Shown: one piece after another, positions 42,955 to 52,155 of the stretch
How the letters are laid out: every line of letters starts with the position of its first letter
Position numbering within the stretch: position 1 is the first letter of the stretch
From: Gammaproteobacteria bacterium
GTDB taxonomy: Bacteria; Pseudomonadota; Gammaproteobacteria; UBA4575
Length of the DNA: 64,000 nt
Direction: 5' to 3'
Assembly: GCA_026710875.1 (NCBI GenBank)
Contig: JAPOQE010000107.1
Coordinates: 6,208-70,207, forward strand
Notes under the pieces: model-generated
The model's database searches: none
What the model was told of the DNA's origin: nothing
Seen by the model: the letters and a program-made list of their open reading frames with translations, nothing else
Program-made: the position numbers and the translations under genes

Positions 42955-43647
42955 GTGAGTCTGCCAACTGCAGAACGCCTTCTCAAAGTTAAAGAAACTA
43001 TCCGTCGGCTGGAAAGCCGGTACCAGCGCCCAGTCGGCAGTGTACGTCTACTGGCTGTCAGCAAAAAAAAGAGTGTCCGGGAAATCACCTTGGCTGCCAA
43101 TGCGGGGCAACGCGATTTCGGTGAAAGCTACCTGCAGGAGGCACTGGAAAAGATCGCCTTGATGAAGCAGCAAGACCTCAACTGGCACTTCATTGGTCCC
43201 ATACAAAAAAACAAGACCCGGCAAATTGCAAAACACTTTTCCTGGGTACATAGCATCGAACGCCTGATCGTTGCTGAACGCCTCAGTACACAACGCCCTG
43301 ACCATTTACCGCCCCTGCAGGTCTGTCTACAGGTCAACATTGACCAGGAGAGCTCGAAATCCGGAATTCAGTGCGAACAGATACCCAGCCTGGCAAGCGC
43401 CTTGGAAGGGCTTCCGAATCTGAAATTACGTGGCCTGATGGCCATCCCGCGACAGAGTAATGATATTATTCATCAGCGCCTGCATTTCGCACAACTTCGA
43501 GTCCTGCTGGAACAACTGAACCGATCAGGTTTCAGGCTTGATACATTGTCCATGGGGATGAGTGGCGATTTAGAGGCTGCCATTGCTGAAGGTGCCACTA
43601 TGGTCAGAATCGGCACTGCAATTTTTGGTACACGGACAACCAAATGA
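42955..43647 (+). CDS. yggS: YggS family pyridoxal-phosphate homeostasis protein
   Basis: 230 aa (GTG start); HFIGPIQKNKTR motif; yggS-proC-yggT synteny. Confidence 0.85.
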   Translation: MSLPTAERLLKVKETIRRLESRYQRPVGSVRLLAVSKKKSVREITLAANAGQRDFGESYLQEALEKIALMKQQDLNWHFIGPIQKNKTRQIAKHFSWVHSIERLIVAERLSTQRPDHLPPLQVCLQVNIDQESSKSGIQCEQIPSLASALEGLPNLKLRGLMAIPRQSNDIIHQRLHFAQLRVLLEQLNRSGFRLDTLSMGMSGDLEAAIAEGATMVRIGTAIFGTRTTK

Positions 43648-43648
43648 A

Positions 43649-44521
43649 ATGAGTCGACTTTCAGAAAAGCAGGAAATTGTTATTTTCGGTGGCGGCAACA
43701 TGGGCCAGGCACTGATCGGGGGGCTGCTGGACTGCGGGTGGCCACCGGAAAATATCACGGTCATCGACCCAGACCGGTCCACGTGTTCAGTGCTGGGTAA
43801 ACGCTTTCCACAATGCTCTGTCTATTCACAGGCAGATTCAGCTCCCCTCTCTGCGCAAGTTGTCGTACTGGCGGTAAAGCCCCAAGTGATTCAACTTGTC
43901 TGTGAACAAATTTCTGCACGATACCCATCACAACGGCCCCTGGTCATTTCCATTGCCGCAGGCACGATGATTCAGGATATCGACGTCTGGCTGGGGGATA
44001 AGTTTTCCATAGTGCGATGCATGCCAAACCTCCCGGTGCTGATTCGTTCCGGTAGCACAGGACTTTTTGCGGGCCCAGGAGTGTCCGAGGTACAAAGAAA
44101 TTGTGCAGAAGGTATTCTAGCCAGCGTGGGTTCGACCCTGTGGCTGAACGAGGAAGCGTTGCTGGATGCGGTAACAGCGGTCTCCGGCAGTGGGCCTGCC
44201 TACTTCTTCTATCTCATCGAAGCCATACTGGAAGCTGGCCAGTTGCTGGGCCTTACGGCTGATCAGGCGCGTCAACTGACCGTCGACACTGCACTCGGTG
44301 CAGCCAAATTGATTGAACAGGGTAACCAGGACCCGCATGCGCTGCGACAATCCGTCACCTCAAAGGGAGGCACGACTGAAGCGGCTATTGAAGTTCTGGA
44401 GCAGGCAGGCGTGAAGGAAATCTTTGCTGCTGCGATCAACCGTGCCGCACAAAAAGCACAACAGCTTTCCCGGTCGGATACCACATCCGCAGGCACCACC
44501 CCTTCAAGCCCTGACAAGTAG
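43649..44521 (+). CDS. proC: pyrroline-5-carboxylate reductase
   Basis: Start trimmed to MSRLSEKQEIVIFGGGNMGQA (Rossmann); C-terminal dimerisation region. Confidence 0.85.
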   Translation: MSRLSEKQEIVIFGGGNMGQALIGGLLDCGWPPENITVIDPDRSTCSVLGKRFPQCSVYSQADSAPLSAQVVVLAVKPQVIQLVCEQISARYPSQRPLVISIAAGTMIQDIDVWLGDKFSIVRCMPNLPVLIRSGSTGLFAGPGVSEVQRNCAEGILASVGSTLWLNEEALLDAVTAVSGSGPAYFFYLIEAILEAGQLLGLTADQARQLTVDTALGAAKLIEQGNQDPHALRQSVTSKGGTTEAAIEVLEQAGVKEIFAAAINRAAQKAQQLSRSDTTSAGTTPSSPDK

Positions 44522-44524
44522 ACC

Positions 44525-45076
44525 ATGAACGCTTTGCTCGGTATCGCTGATTTTCTGATCCATGTCCTGTTTACCTTGTACGTGTATGCCCTCATGATCC
44601 GCATGCTGCTGGCATTGACCCATGCCGATTTCTATAACCCTTTCTCACAATCCATTCTGACCATCACCAGTCCGGCATTACGCCCCCTGCACAAGTGGGT
44701 GCCCAATATCGGGCGCCTGGACACATCGGCGCTGCTGCTGATGATTGCAATCAAGTTTACCGAACTGATGCTGCGCGGTATTTTTGTAGGAAGGGATGTC
44801 GAAACTGGAGTGCTGGTTTTTGCTGCAATATTCGGGGTTATCGATCTGGCATTGAACCTTTACATTTTCGCCATCATTGCGTTGGTCGCGATCAGCTGGC
44901 TTGCACCACACCTCCATCGACAGAGTAATCCGCTTGTCTCAGTGCTGCACTCAATCACAGCCCCTATCCTGTATCCGGCCAGAAGGATGATCCCCCAGGT
45001 CGGAGTGTTTGATTTCTCAACCTCAGTCGTACTCCTTGCACTGTTCTGTGCAAAAATTCTCTTGCATTCACTGTGA
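44525..45076 (+). CDS. yggT: YggT family membrane protein
   Basis: 183 aa; two YGGT repeats, hydrophobic. Confidence 0.8.
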   Translation: MNALLGIADFLIHVLFTLYVYALMIRMLLALTHADFYNPFSQSILTITSPALRPLHKWVPNIGRLDTSALLLMIAIKFTELMLRGIFVGRDVETGVLVFAAIFGVIDLALNLYIFAIIALVAISWLAPHLHRQSNPLVSVLHSITAPILYPARRMIPQVGVFDFSTSVVLLALFCAKILLHSL

Positions 45077-45160
45077 CACAAAAAGACACCCGCCTGCCGT
45101 GACATTGTGTGCTATACATGCACTCATTACACTTAGGGTTTAAACAAAAAATTTAAGTAA

Positions 45161-46297
45161 GTGCCTGACTCTATTCCAGTGAATTCGGTTGGCCTGGTCG
45201 AGAGCCAGTTTATTACCATCAAGCGGTCTCTGGATCTGGATTGCGGTCGCACACTGCCAGAATTCACCCTGGCCTACGAGACGTATGGCAAACTAAACCC
45301 TGAACGCAGCAATGCCCTGCTCATCTGTCATGCACTTTCAGGAGATCAGCACGCGGCAGGCTACCACAGCACCGAAGATCGCAAACCTGGATGGTGGGAC
45401 AACTGTATCGGTCCTGGCAAACCCTTTGATACAGATCGCTTCTTTGTCGTTGCCCCCAATAATCTAGGAGGGTGCAAGGGCAGCAGCGGTCCGGCCAGTG
45501 TCAACCCCGAAACCGGGAAGCAGTATGGCCCGGATTTTCCACTGGTTACAGTACATGACTGGGTCGTGAGCCAAAGCTATCTCGCGGATGAACTGGGTAT
45601 CGAACAATGGGCTGCAGTCATTGGAGGAAGTCTGGGCGGCATGCAGGTGATGCAATGGGCCATCGACTTTCCGGATCGCTTGCGCCAGGCAGTTGTCATA
45701 GCTGCAGCGCCCAAATTGACAGCACAGAATATCGCGTTCAATGAAGTTGCGAGGCAGGCCATATTCTCTGATCCTGACTTTCACCAGGGACACTACTACG
45801 AACACAACACAACTCCGCGTCAAGGACTAATGCTGGCACGCATGCTTGGGCATATCACCTATCTCTCCGATCATGCCATGCGGGAAAAATTCGGACGCGA
45901 CTTGCGGGAAGGAAAGCTCAATTTTGGCTTTGACGTAGAATTCCAGGTCGAGAGCTACCTGCGCTACCAGGGAAAATCCTTTGTGGACCGGTTCGATGCA
46001 AATACCTACCTGATCATGACCAAGGCGCTGGACTATTTTGACCCTGCGCTGAATTGGGATGATGACCTGCCCCGTGCCTTCCAGAACACCAGTGCTGAAT
46101 TTCTGGTGATTTCCTTTACCGGGGACTGGAGATTCTCACCAGCCCGCTCTCGAGAGATCGTCCGGGCACTGATTGCGGCAAAAAAGAAAGTCAGCTACGT
46201 GGAAATTGATGCGGATCTAGGACACGATGCATTTCTAACCGCAATCCCTGAATACCATAGTGTCCTGCAAAGCTACATGCACACCCTTCAGATATGA
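45161..46297 (+). CDS. metX: homoserine O-acetyltransferase
   Basis: 378 aa; alpha/beta hydrolase; GGSLGGMQ nucleophile elbow. Confidence 0.9.
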   Translation: MPDSIPVNSVGLVESQFITIKRSLDLDCGRTLPEFTLAYETYGKLNPERSNALLICHALSGDQHAAGYHSTEDRKPGWWDNCIGPGKPFDTDRFFVVAPNNLGGCKGSSGPASVNPETGKQYGPDFPLVTVHDWVVSQSYLADELGIEQWAAVIGGSLGGMQVMQWAIDFPDRLRQAVVIAAAPKLTAQNIAFNEVARQAIFSDPDFHQGHYYEHNTTPRQGLMLARMLGHITYLSDHAMREKFGRDLREGKLNFGFDVEFQVESYLRYQGKSFVDRFDANTYLIMTKALDYFDPALNWDDDLPRAFQNTSAEFLVISFTGDWRFSPARSREIVRALIAAKKKVSYVEIDADLGHDAFLTAIPEYHSVLQSYMHTLQI

Positions 46298-46908
46298 GCA
46301 CAGTTCTTCGTCCCGATCTGGAAATCATTTGTGAATGGATTCAACCAGGAACTCACATCCTGGACCTGGGCTGTGGTGATGGTACTTTGCTGACACACCT
46401 GCGCCAGACGCGCGATGTTACCGGCTATGGCCTGGAAATTGACATAGCCAATATTCAGCAATGCATTGCCAAGGGAATTCCTGTCGTCCAAACCAATCTG
46501 GACAAGGGTATCACCGAGTTTTTTGACGAACACTCTTTCAACTATGTAGTCATGACCCATACGCTGCAGGCCATCCAGCACCCGGGCGAGCTTCTGGATG
46601 AGATGCTGCGAATCGGACAGGAAGGAATCGTCACGTTCCCCAACTTTGCCCATTGGAAAAGCCGGGTACAGCTTGGGCTGGGAGGGAATATGCCCGTGAC
46701 CCGGGCCCTGCCCCATGAATGGTACGACACACCAAACATTCATTTGTGCTCGTTTCAAGATTTTGAAGCCCTGTGTGAGAAAAGGGGTATCAGCATTCTT
46801 CAGCGGGCTGCAGTGACGCATGCCAGCCAGTCAGGAAAGAGAACCTGCCTATGGCCCAATCTACTCGGTGAAAGTGCGATTTATCGGTTCTGTAAATCTG
46901 ATTCTTAG
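46294..46908 (+). CDS. metW: methionine biosynthesis protein MetW
   Basis: 204 aa; 4-nt overlap with metX; LDLGCGDG methyltransferase-like motif. Confidence 0.9.
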   Translation: MSTVLRPDLEIICEWIQPGTHILDLGCGDGTLLTHLRQTRDVTGYGLEIDIANIQQCIAKGIPVVQTNLDKGITEFFDEHSFNYVVMTHTLQAIQHPGELLDEMLRIGQEGIVTFPNFAHWKSRVQLGLGGNMPVTRALPHEWYDTPNIHLCSFQDFEALCEKRGISILQRAAVTHASQSGKRTCLWPNLLGESAIYRFCKSDS

Positions 46909-47234
46909 CGCTTGTATCACAGGAGGTTTGGCTGGATCAGATCACATGCCTCTCATGGAGCGCCCAGCCTGGGCAAAATCAAAACAGACCTGTGAGCGCC
47001 TGCCAGTTTCTTTGTATTATCCCTGGATGGAACTCCACCAAGCGGTTTTGCCCACCTCGATACGACTTCTCAGACGGGTAGCCTGACAAGATGATAAGCC
47101 GGCAGTTTTTCATTACAATGCAACAAAAAGTTAACTGTTCAAATACAGCAACATTGGTCACCGCTGCTAACTTGATGCTTGGTTGTGGGGCCGTATGACC
47201 GATCTCGTTCACTGATGATTAAGGATGACACTAC

Positions 47235-47558
47235 ATGGCCACTTCCAGACCTGAAAAGAAAGCCCCAACCAAAACAGCAATTTTAAACCGCATTGCAGAA
47301 GAGACCGCTCTTTCACGCAAGCAGGTTGCCTCAGTACTTGATTCGCTTGAAGCTATGATTGCAAAAGAACTGAAGCCACGTGGTGCGGGATGTTTTAACC
47401 TTCCCGGCCTACTGAAAATCAAGGTGGTCAAAAAGCCGGCCAAAAGGGCACGCAAGGGTATCAACCCCTTTACAGGTGAGGAGATGACGTTCAAGGCCAA
47501 GCCAGCCAGCAAGTCGGTACGTGTCTTGCCCCTGAAGAAGCTCAAAAGCATGGTCTGA
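47235..47558 (+). CDS. HU/IHF family DNA-binding protein with basic N-terminal extension
   Basis: 107 aa; HU-like arm INPFTGEEMTFKAKPASKSVRV; ~17-aa Lys/Pro-rich leader not present in canonical HU. Confidence 0.7.
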   Translation: MATSRPEKKAPTKTAILNRIAEETALSRKQVASVLDSLEAMIAKELKPRGAGCFNLPGLLKIKVVKKPAKRARKGINPFTGEEMTFKAKPASKSVRVLPLKKLKSMV

Positions 47559-47594
47559 CGGAACAGGTCCGGAGGTGATATCCGCTTGTAGTAC

Positions 47595-48050
47595 TTACTC
47601 CAGGTCCTGTTGCACATCCAGTTTGGTCTGAATAAAGGTGCTGTGTGGCAGGTACAGCAGGTCAGCTATCTTTCGTATTTGATACTCCTCGTATTTATCG
47701 AGCCTGCTGTCCGCATACGCTGTCTTCCATAAGTCCATCAGCAGCCTTTTTTTCTCCTCCATCGTACAACCGTCATTGATAATCTTCACAAATGGATAGA
47801 TTGAAACATGCTGCTCTTGCTCAGTAACTGCCAGATCAACCAGATTTTCTACCTCCTGCTTAGAAAACCGGAACCTCTCTGCCAACGCGCTGACAATGGT
47901 GCGTAGTTCCTCTTCCTGAATATCAAAATCTGCCCGGCTCACTTCCAGCAATAGCACTGCAGTAGCCAAATGCATGACGTGATCATCATCCAGCGTCTCG
48001 CGCTGCGGCCGGATTTTCTTTTCAACAAAAGCTGCAACCGACTTGAGCAT
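47595..48050 (-). CDS. TerB-like (tellurite-resistance TerB family) protein
   Basis: 151 aa; acidic helical; TerB-like pattern ..DG....EE...L..L. Confidence 0.5.
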   Translation of the reverse strand: MLKSVAAFVEKKIRPQRETLDDDHVMHLATAVLLLEVSRADFDIQEEELRTIVSALAERFRFSKQEVENLVDLAVTEQEQHVSIYPFVKIINDGCTMEEKKRLLMDLWKTAYADSRLDKYEEYQIRKIADLLYLPHSTFIQTKLDVQQDLE

Positions 48051-48052
48051 GG

Positions 48053-48364
48053 TTAATTGGTGTTGCGGAAACTGCGATATTGCCCACCCTCAAAGGAGTC
48101 GAAGTAGTCTTCAGCCAGGGGGTGGGTAATGGGTGCCTTTGAAACATCCATCTCCAGATGCTGTTCAGCAACGTAGGTAGTCATCAGCTGTCCGTCCACC
48201 AGCACATGGTACCAGGGCTTGTCCTTGGGAGGTCTGGACTTTGCTACCTGTTCGTACCACTCGTTTGTACCACTATATTGCGCGTCCACATCAAAAATGA
48301 CACCCCGGTAATTAAATTTTTTATGAACAATAACCTGACCGATTGAAAACTGCGCCTGATACAT
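48053..48364 (-). CDS. hspQ: heat-shock protein HspQ (YccV, hemimethylated-DNA-binding domain)
   Basis: Start trimmed to MYQAQFSIGQVI (103 aa); FSIGQ..H....G.I.DVD...PWYHVL matches HspQ. Confidence 0.75.
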   Translation of the reverse strand: MYQAQFSIGQVIVHKKFNYRGVIFDVDAQYSGTNEWYEQVAKSRPPKDKPWYHVLVDGQLMTTYVAEQHLEMDVSKAPITHPLAEDYFDSFEGGQYRSFRNTN

Positions 48365-48568
48365 GCCTTGCTCTCCTGGCCTTGGATAAGAGATCGAACG
48401 ATCGACACACCACATGCTACCGCAAAAATTGTTCATGCTAAACAGGTTAATAATGTATCTCTTCCCCCTCAGCATGAGATGGTATCTGGATAAAAATCTG
48501 TTAGGCTATATTGAGGTTTACAAGCAAATTAAACAAAAGCGCGACACAGCACCTGGACCCCATTTAAT

Positions 48569-48853
48569 ATGACTAGCAGAAGTAAGGAGCAGCGCATACT
48601 GCTCGTAATGCGCAAACTGCTAGCCCAGATTGTGCGGGATACAACCCCAGGACCGGGTGTACGACATACCCTGAGCGAACAAACCATCAAGGACATCCGA
48701 GATTGCTTCAGCCTCATCGCTGCGCGGGAGCGCGAGCTTATCGAAGAAATCGGAATCGCAAACAAGGATCGTCCTCAATTTGCCGACAAACCACAGACCT
48801 CAACTGTCCTCAAGTTCAAGCCCCCGTCCAAGAAGTCAAAGGATGACGACTAA
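48569..48853 (+). CDS. conserved hypothetical small protein
   Basis: 94 aa, charged, Lys-rich C-terminal tail; no family recognised by eye. Confidence 0.4.
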   Translation: MTSRSKEQRILLVMRKLLAQIVRDTTPGPGVRHTLSEQTIKDIRDCFSLIAARERELIEEIGIANKDRPQFADKPQTSTVLKFKPPSKKSKDDD

Positions 48854-48874
48854 GGCTGCCCTACATTCAAACTC

Positions 48875-49291
48875 ATGGAACGCCTTTCAGACATCAAGGT
48901 AAAGCTTGAGCCGGGCATTAAGATTACAGCCGAAAATAAATGCGGCTACTGCACGAACTCGTATTGCTGTACCTATGTCACGGAAGAACTTCTAACACCC
49001 CGAAGCAAACTGGATTACGAGCATATGCTTTGGCAGGTGTCACATGAAGGTGTTGAGGTGTACAAGGACGATGAAGGCTGGTGGTTGATGATAGCCGGAC
49101 GCTGCTCACACCTTCAGAAAGATGGACATTGCGGAATCTATGAGGCGCGTCCGCAAATCTGCCGCGATCACGACAATGACTACTGCGAATTCGATGCTCC
49201 AGTGGAAAACGACTATGACCTGCACTTCCCAAATTATGAAACGTTACTGGAATACTGCAAAAAACGCTTCAAGCATTGGCACAGGGGCTAG
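48875..49291 (+). CDS. YkgJ family Cys-cluster protein (CxxCxxCC, UPF0153)
   Basis: 138 aa; CGYCTNSYCC and CSHLQKDGHCGIYEARPQICR motifs. Confidence 0.7.
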   Translation: MERLSDIKVKLEPGIKITAENKCGYCTNSYCCTYVTEELLTPRSKLDYEHMLWQVSHEGVEVYKDDEGWWLMIAGRCSHLQKDGHCGIYEARPQICRDHDNDYCEFDAPVENDYDLHFPNYETLLEYCKKRFKHWHRG

Positions 49292-49954
49292 TCACTCCGG
49301 CATGATCTCGGAAAAATCTGAAATAGATGGATACGGCAAGGTATCCCGCTTTGGCCTGGAGCTGTCTGGTTGCTGAATGGTAATCAAGTGGCGAATGCCA
49401 TAGGCTTCTCCAGCGGCAAGCACATCCAGATTGTCGTCGATGAAAAGGGTAGTTTCCGGGTCAAACGGATAGGCACGCCTCATATTTTTCCAGAATTCCT
49501 GCTGCTCCTTGGGACACCCAAAATCATGTGATGAAATGATGCGGTCAAAATACGACTCTATTTGCACTGACTGCATCTTTACAGCAATGGTGTCAGGATG
49601 TGCATTGGTCACCAGGGCAATATGTTTTTCTGACGAGGCCAGCTTTTCCAAAAAGTGTTTTGCACTGGGGAAAATCCGTATTCGCCAGGCGATCTCCCGT
49701 TTCAATGCAGCGACTTCAAGACCCAGTTCTTTTGTCCAGTAATCCGTACAATACCAATCCAGTGTGCCGGCTTTTCCATTAAAATAGGACTGCAATAGCT
49801 CCCTCGCATGACTAAATTCCATCTGGTATTTCTGGCTGTACCTCAAGGGCAGGTGCTGTTGCCAGAAATACGAGTCGAAACTCAGGTCAAGCAGGGTTCC
49901 ATCCATGTCCAGAAATACAGTATTGACCTTTCCCCAGACGGCTGACATTGGCAT
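49292..49954 (-). CDS. yrfG: HAD-family GMP/IMP nucleotidase (YrfG-like)
   Basis: Start trimmed to MPMSAVWGKVNTVFLDMDGTLLDLSFDSYFWQQ; block-for-block match to E. coli YrfG (WYCTDYW, LVTNAHP, LFIDD). Confidence 0.8.
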   Translation of the reverse strand: MPMSAVWGKVNTVFLDMDGTLLDLSFDSYFWQQHLPLRYSQKYQMEFSHARELLQSYFNGKAGTLDWYCTDYWTKELGLEVAALKREIAWRIRIFPSAKHFLEKLASSEKHIALVTNAHPDTIAVKMQSVQIESYFDRIISSHDFGCPKEQQEFWKNMRRAYPFDPETTLFIDDNLDVLAAGEAYGIRHLITIQQPDSSRPKRDTLPYPSISDFSEIMPE

Positions 49955-49981
49955 AAACAAGGATTCCCAGATAACTACCTG

Positions 49982-50818
49982 TTGGCAATGGACCTGGATA
50001 CCAAAAAGCTTGAAGCTCTCATCGCTCCAGTCTGCGATATTGTAAAGCAGGCCGGGCAGGAGATCATGAAAATTTATCTCGGTGGCTTTGAGATAGCGGA
50101 GAAAGAAGATCATTCCCCGCTGACCACGGCAGACCTTGCCTCTCACCACCTGATTTGCACGCGACTGCAAATGCTGACGCCGGACATCCCCGTGCTATCG
50201 GAAGAGTCGGCTATGATCCCGTTTGACCAAAGAGCAAAATGGAAACAGTACTGGTTGATAGACCCCCTGGACGGAACCCGGGAATTCATCAAGAAAAATA
50301 ATGAATTTACCGTAAACATCGCCCTGGTCATCGACCACGTCGCACATCTTGGGGCTGTCTACCTACCGGCAAAGGACACCTGTTATTTTGCAGCAACAGG
50401 ACATGGTGCTTTCAAGCAAGAGCACAAGCAGGCTGCACACAGAATCAGTACCCGTATTTCTGCACCGGATTCCACTCCAACGATATGTGGCAGCCGGGCA
50501 CGCGCGGGTCCCTCCTTGCAGACCCTGCTGTCCCGGATTGGCAAGCATGAACTGATCAGGGTTGGCAGTTCGATCAAGACATGCCTGGTGGCCGAAGGTC
50601 GTGCAGATCTCTATCCCCGTTTCGGGCCTACTTCTGAATGGGATACAGCAGCCGCGCATTGTGTCGTGCGTGAAGCAGGAGGTTCACTGGTCGACACCCA
50701 ACTCATGGACTTGCGTTACAACACGAAAGACTCGTTGCTTAATCCTCCATTCATCGTACTAGGTAACCTGAACGACCATTGGCGGAAAATGCTGTTGCAG
50801 AAAATACCCGTACAATGA
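49982..50818 (+). CDS. cysQ: 3'(2'),5'-bisphosphate nucleotidase
   Basis: 278 aa; inositol monophosphatase fold (WLIDPLDGT, EE..SP). Confidence 0.8.
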   Translation: MAMDLDTKKLEALIAPVCDIVKQAGQEIMKIYLGGFEIAEKEDHSPLTTADLASHHLICTRLQMLTPDIPVLSEESAMIPFDQRAKWKQYWLIDPLDGTREFIKKNNEFTVNIALVIDHVAHLGAVYLPAKDTCYFAATGHGAFKQEHKQAAHRISTRISAPDSTPTICGSRARAGPSLQTLLSRIGKHELIRVGSSIKTCLVAEGRADLYPRFGPTSEWDTAAAHCVVREAGGSLVDTQLMDLRYNTKDSLLNPPFIVLGNLNDHWRKMLLQKIPVQ

Positions 50819-50929
50819 AAATCAGTTATGGCTGCAACCCATGGCAGCGATGGGTGGCCGTCTTAAAAGGCTGGTCTGCAGACTATCGTTCCTGCCTGAA
50901 CTTCTCTGGTGGCCTACAGGTGCTTGCAG

Positions 50930-51952
50930 TCAAGAACCCCAGCCTTGCAGCACGATCTTGCCCGTCGTATGCCGGTTCTCAATCTCGGCATGGGCTGCCT
51001 TCAGGTTCTTCGAACTGATAGGCTCAAGTACTTTGTTGACGGTTGTCCTGATAGTTCCCGCATCCACCAGGTCTGAAACGTTGTTCAGCAGATGATGTTG
51101 CTCAATCATGTCGTCTGTTTCATACATGGAGCGGGTAAACATGAACTCCCAGACAAAGGTCGCGCTTTTGCTCTTTAGCGTACCAAGATCAACATAGGCT
51201 GCTGTTTCGACTATGGAACAGATTTTTCCCTGTGGCGCGATCAACGCTGCCATTGTCTGCCAGTACTTATCAGTATCGTTGAGGCACAAGATAAATTCAT
51301 ATTCAGCAATTCCAAGCTGGCTCATCTGTTCCGGAATATCCAGATAATGATTGATCACATGATCTGCGCCCAATTCCTTGCACCATGCTTGGGACTCTGG
51401 CCGTGAGGCAGTGACGGTAACTGTCAGTTCAGCGACCTGCTTGGCAAATTGTGTAGCAATGGAGCCTACTCCTCCTGCCCCGCCGATGATGAGAAGTTGT
51501 CGACCTCGGTCCGAACCCCCTGAATCAATCCCCAATCGATCAAACAAAGCCTCCCATGCCGTGATGCTCGTCAGGGGCAGGGCTGCAGCCTGGGCAAAAT
51601 CCAGGCATTTTGGCTTGCCACCTACGATGCGCTCATCAACAAGATGAAATTCGCTGTTGCAACCCGGGTCAATGAAGCTCCCAGCATAAAAAACCTCATC
51701 TCCCTGACTGAAGAGCGTCACATCCGGGCCCACGGCTTCAACTACGCCCGCTGCATCCCATCCCAGGATGCGGGGGGCTTTCTCCACCTTGTCCTGCGGA
51801 GCCCGCATTTTTGTATCTACTGGATTTACAGCAATGGCCTTCACACTGACCAGGAGCTCCTTGCCTGTAGGGTTGGGTCGCTCCACCTCAAGGTCCAGTA
51901 ATGAATCTGTTTCATCAATCGGGAGGTACTTGTACAAACCGACAGCTTTCAA
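50930..51952 (-). CDS. zinc-binding alcohol dehydrogenase family quinone oxidoreductase
   Basis: 340 aa; MDR family without catalytic-Zn Cys cluster; GGAGGVGS Rossmann. Confidence 0.75.
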   Translation of the reverse strand: MKAVGLYKYLPIDETDSLLDLEVERPNPTGKELLVSVKAIAVNPVDTKMRAPQDKVEKAPRILGWDAAGVVEAVGPDVTLFSQGDEVFYAGSFIDPGCNSEFHLVDERIVGGKPKCLDFAQAAALPLTSITAWEALFDRLGIDSGGSDRGRQLLIIGGAGGVGSIATQFAKQVAELTVTVTASRPESQAWCKELGADHVINHYLDIPEQMSQLGIAEYEFILCLNDTDKYWQTMAALIAPQGKICSIVETAAYVDLGTLKSKSATFVWEFMFTRSMYETDDMIEQHHLLNNVSDLVDAGTIRTTVNKVLEPISSKNLKAAHAEIENRHTTGKIVLQGWGS

Positions 51953-52155
51953 TGCTTTTCTCCTTTCTTTTTACCCTAGCATACAGCAGTAACTGCTCGA
52001 AAATATAACGATGTTGCTACAGCATTGTTGCATGCATATAAAGCTTCAAATGATCATGCTTCAAGATCGGGCCAGATCAAAATTATCTGTTAGCTGCAGG
52101 ACTCCCAATTGAAGGATCTGATCTGCAACGCCCAGGTCACTGCGGGAACTGCGAT

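Noticed and set aside
52070-52140. Cluster of four GATC sites downstream of ppsA
   Set aside because: Short and compatible with chance. There is no evidence the organism has Dam/SeqA, and no associated hairpin or gene.
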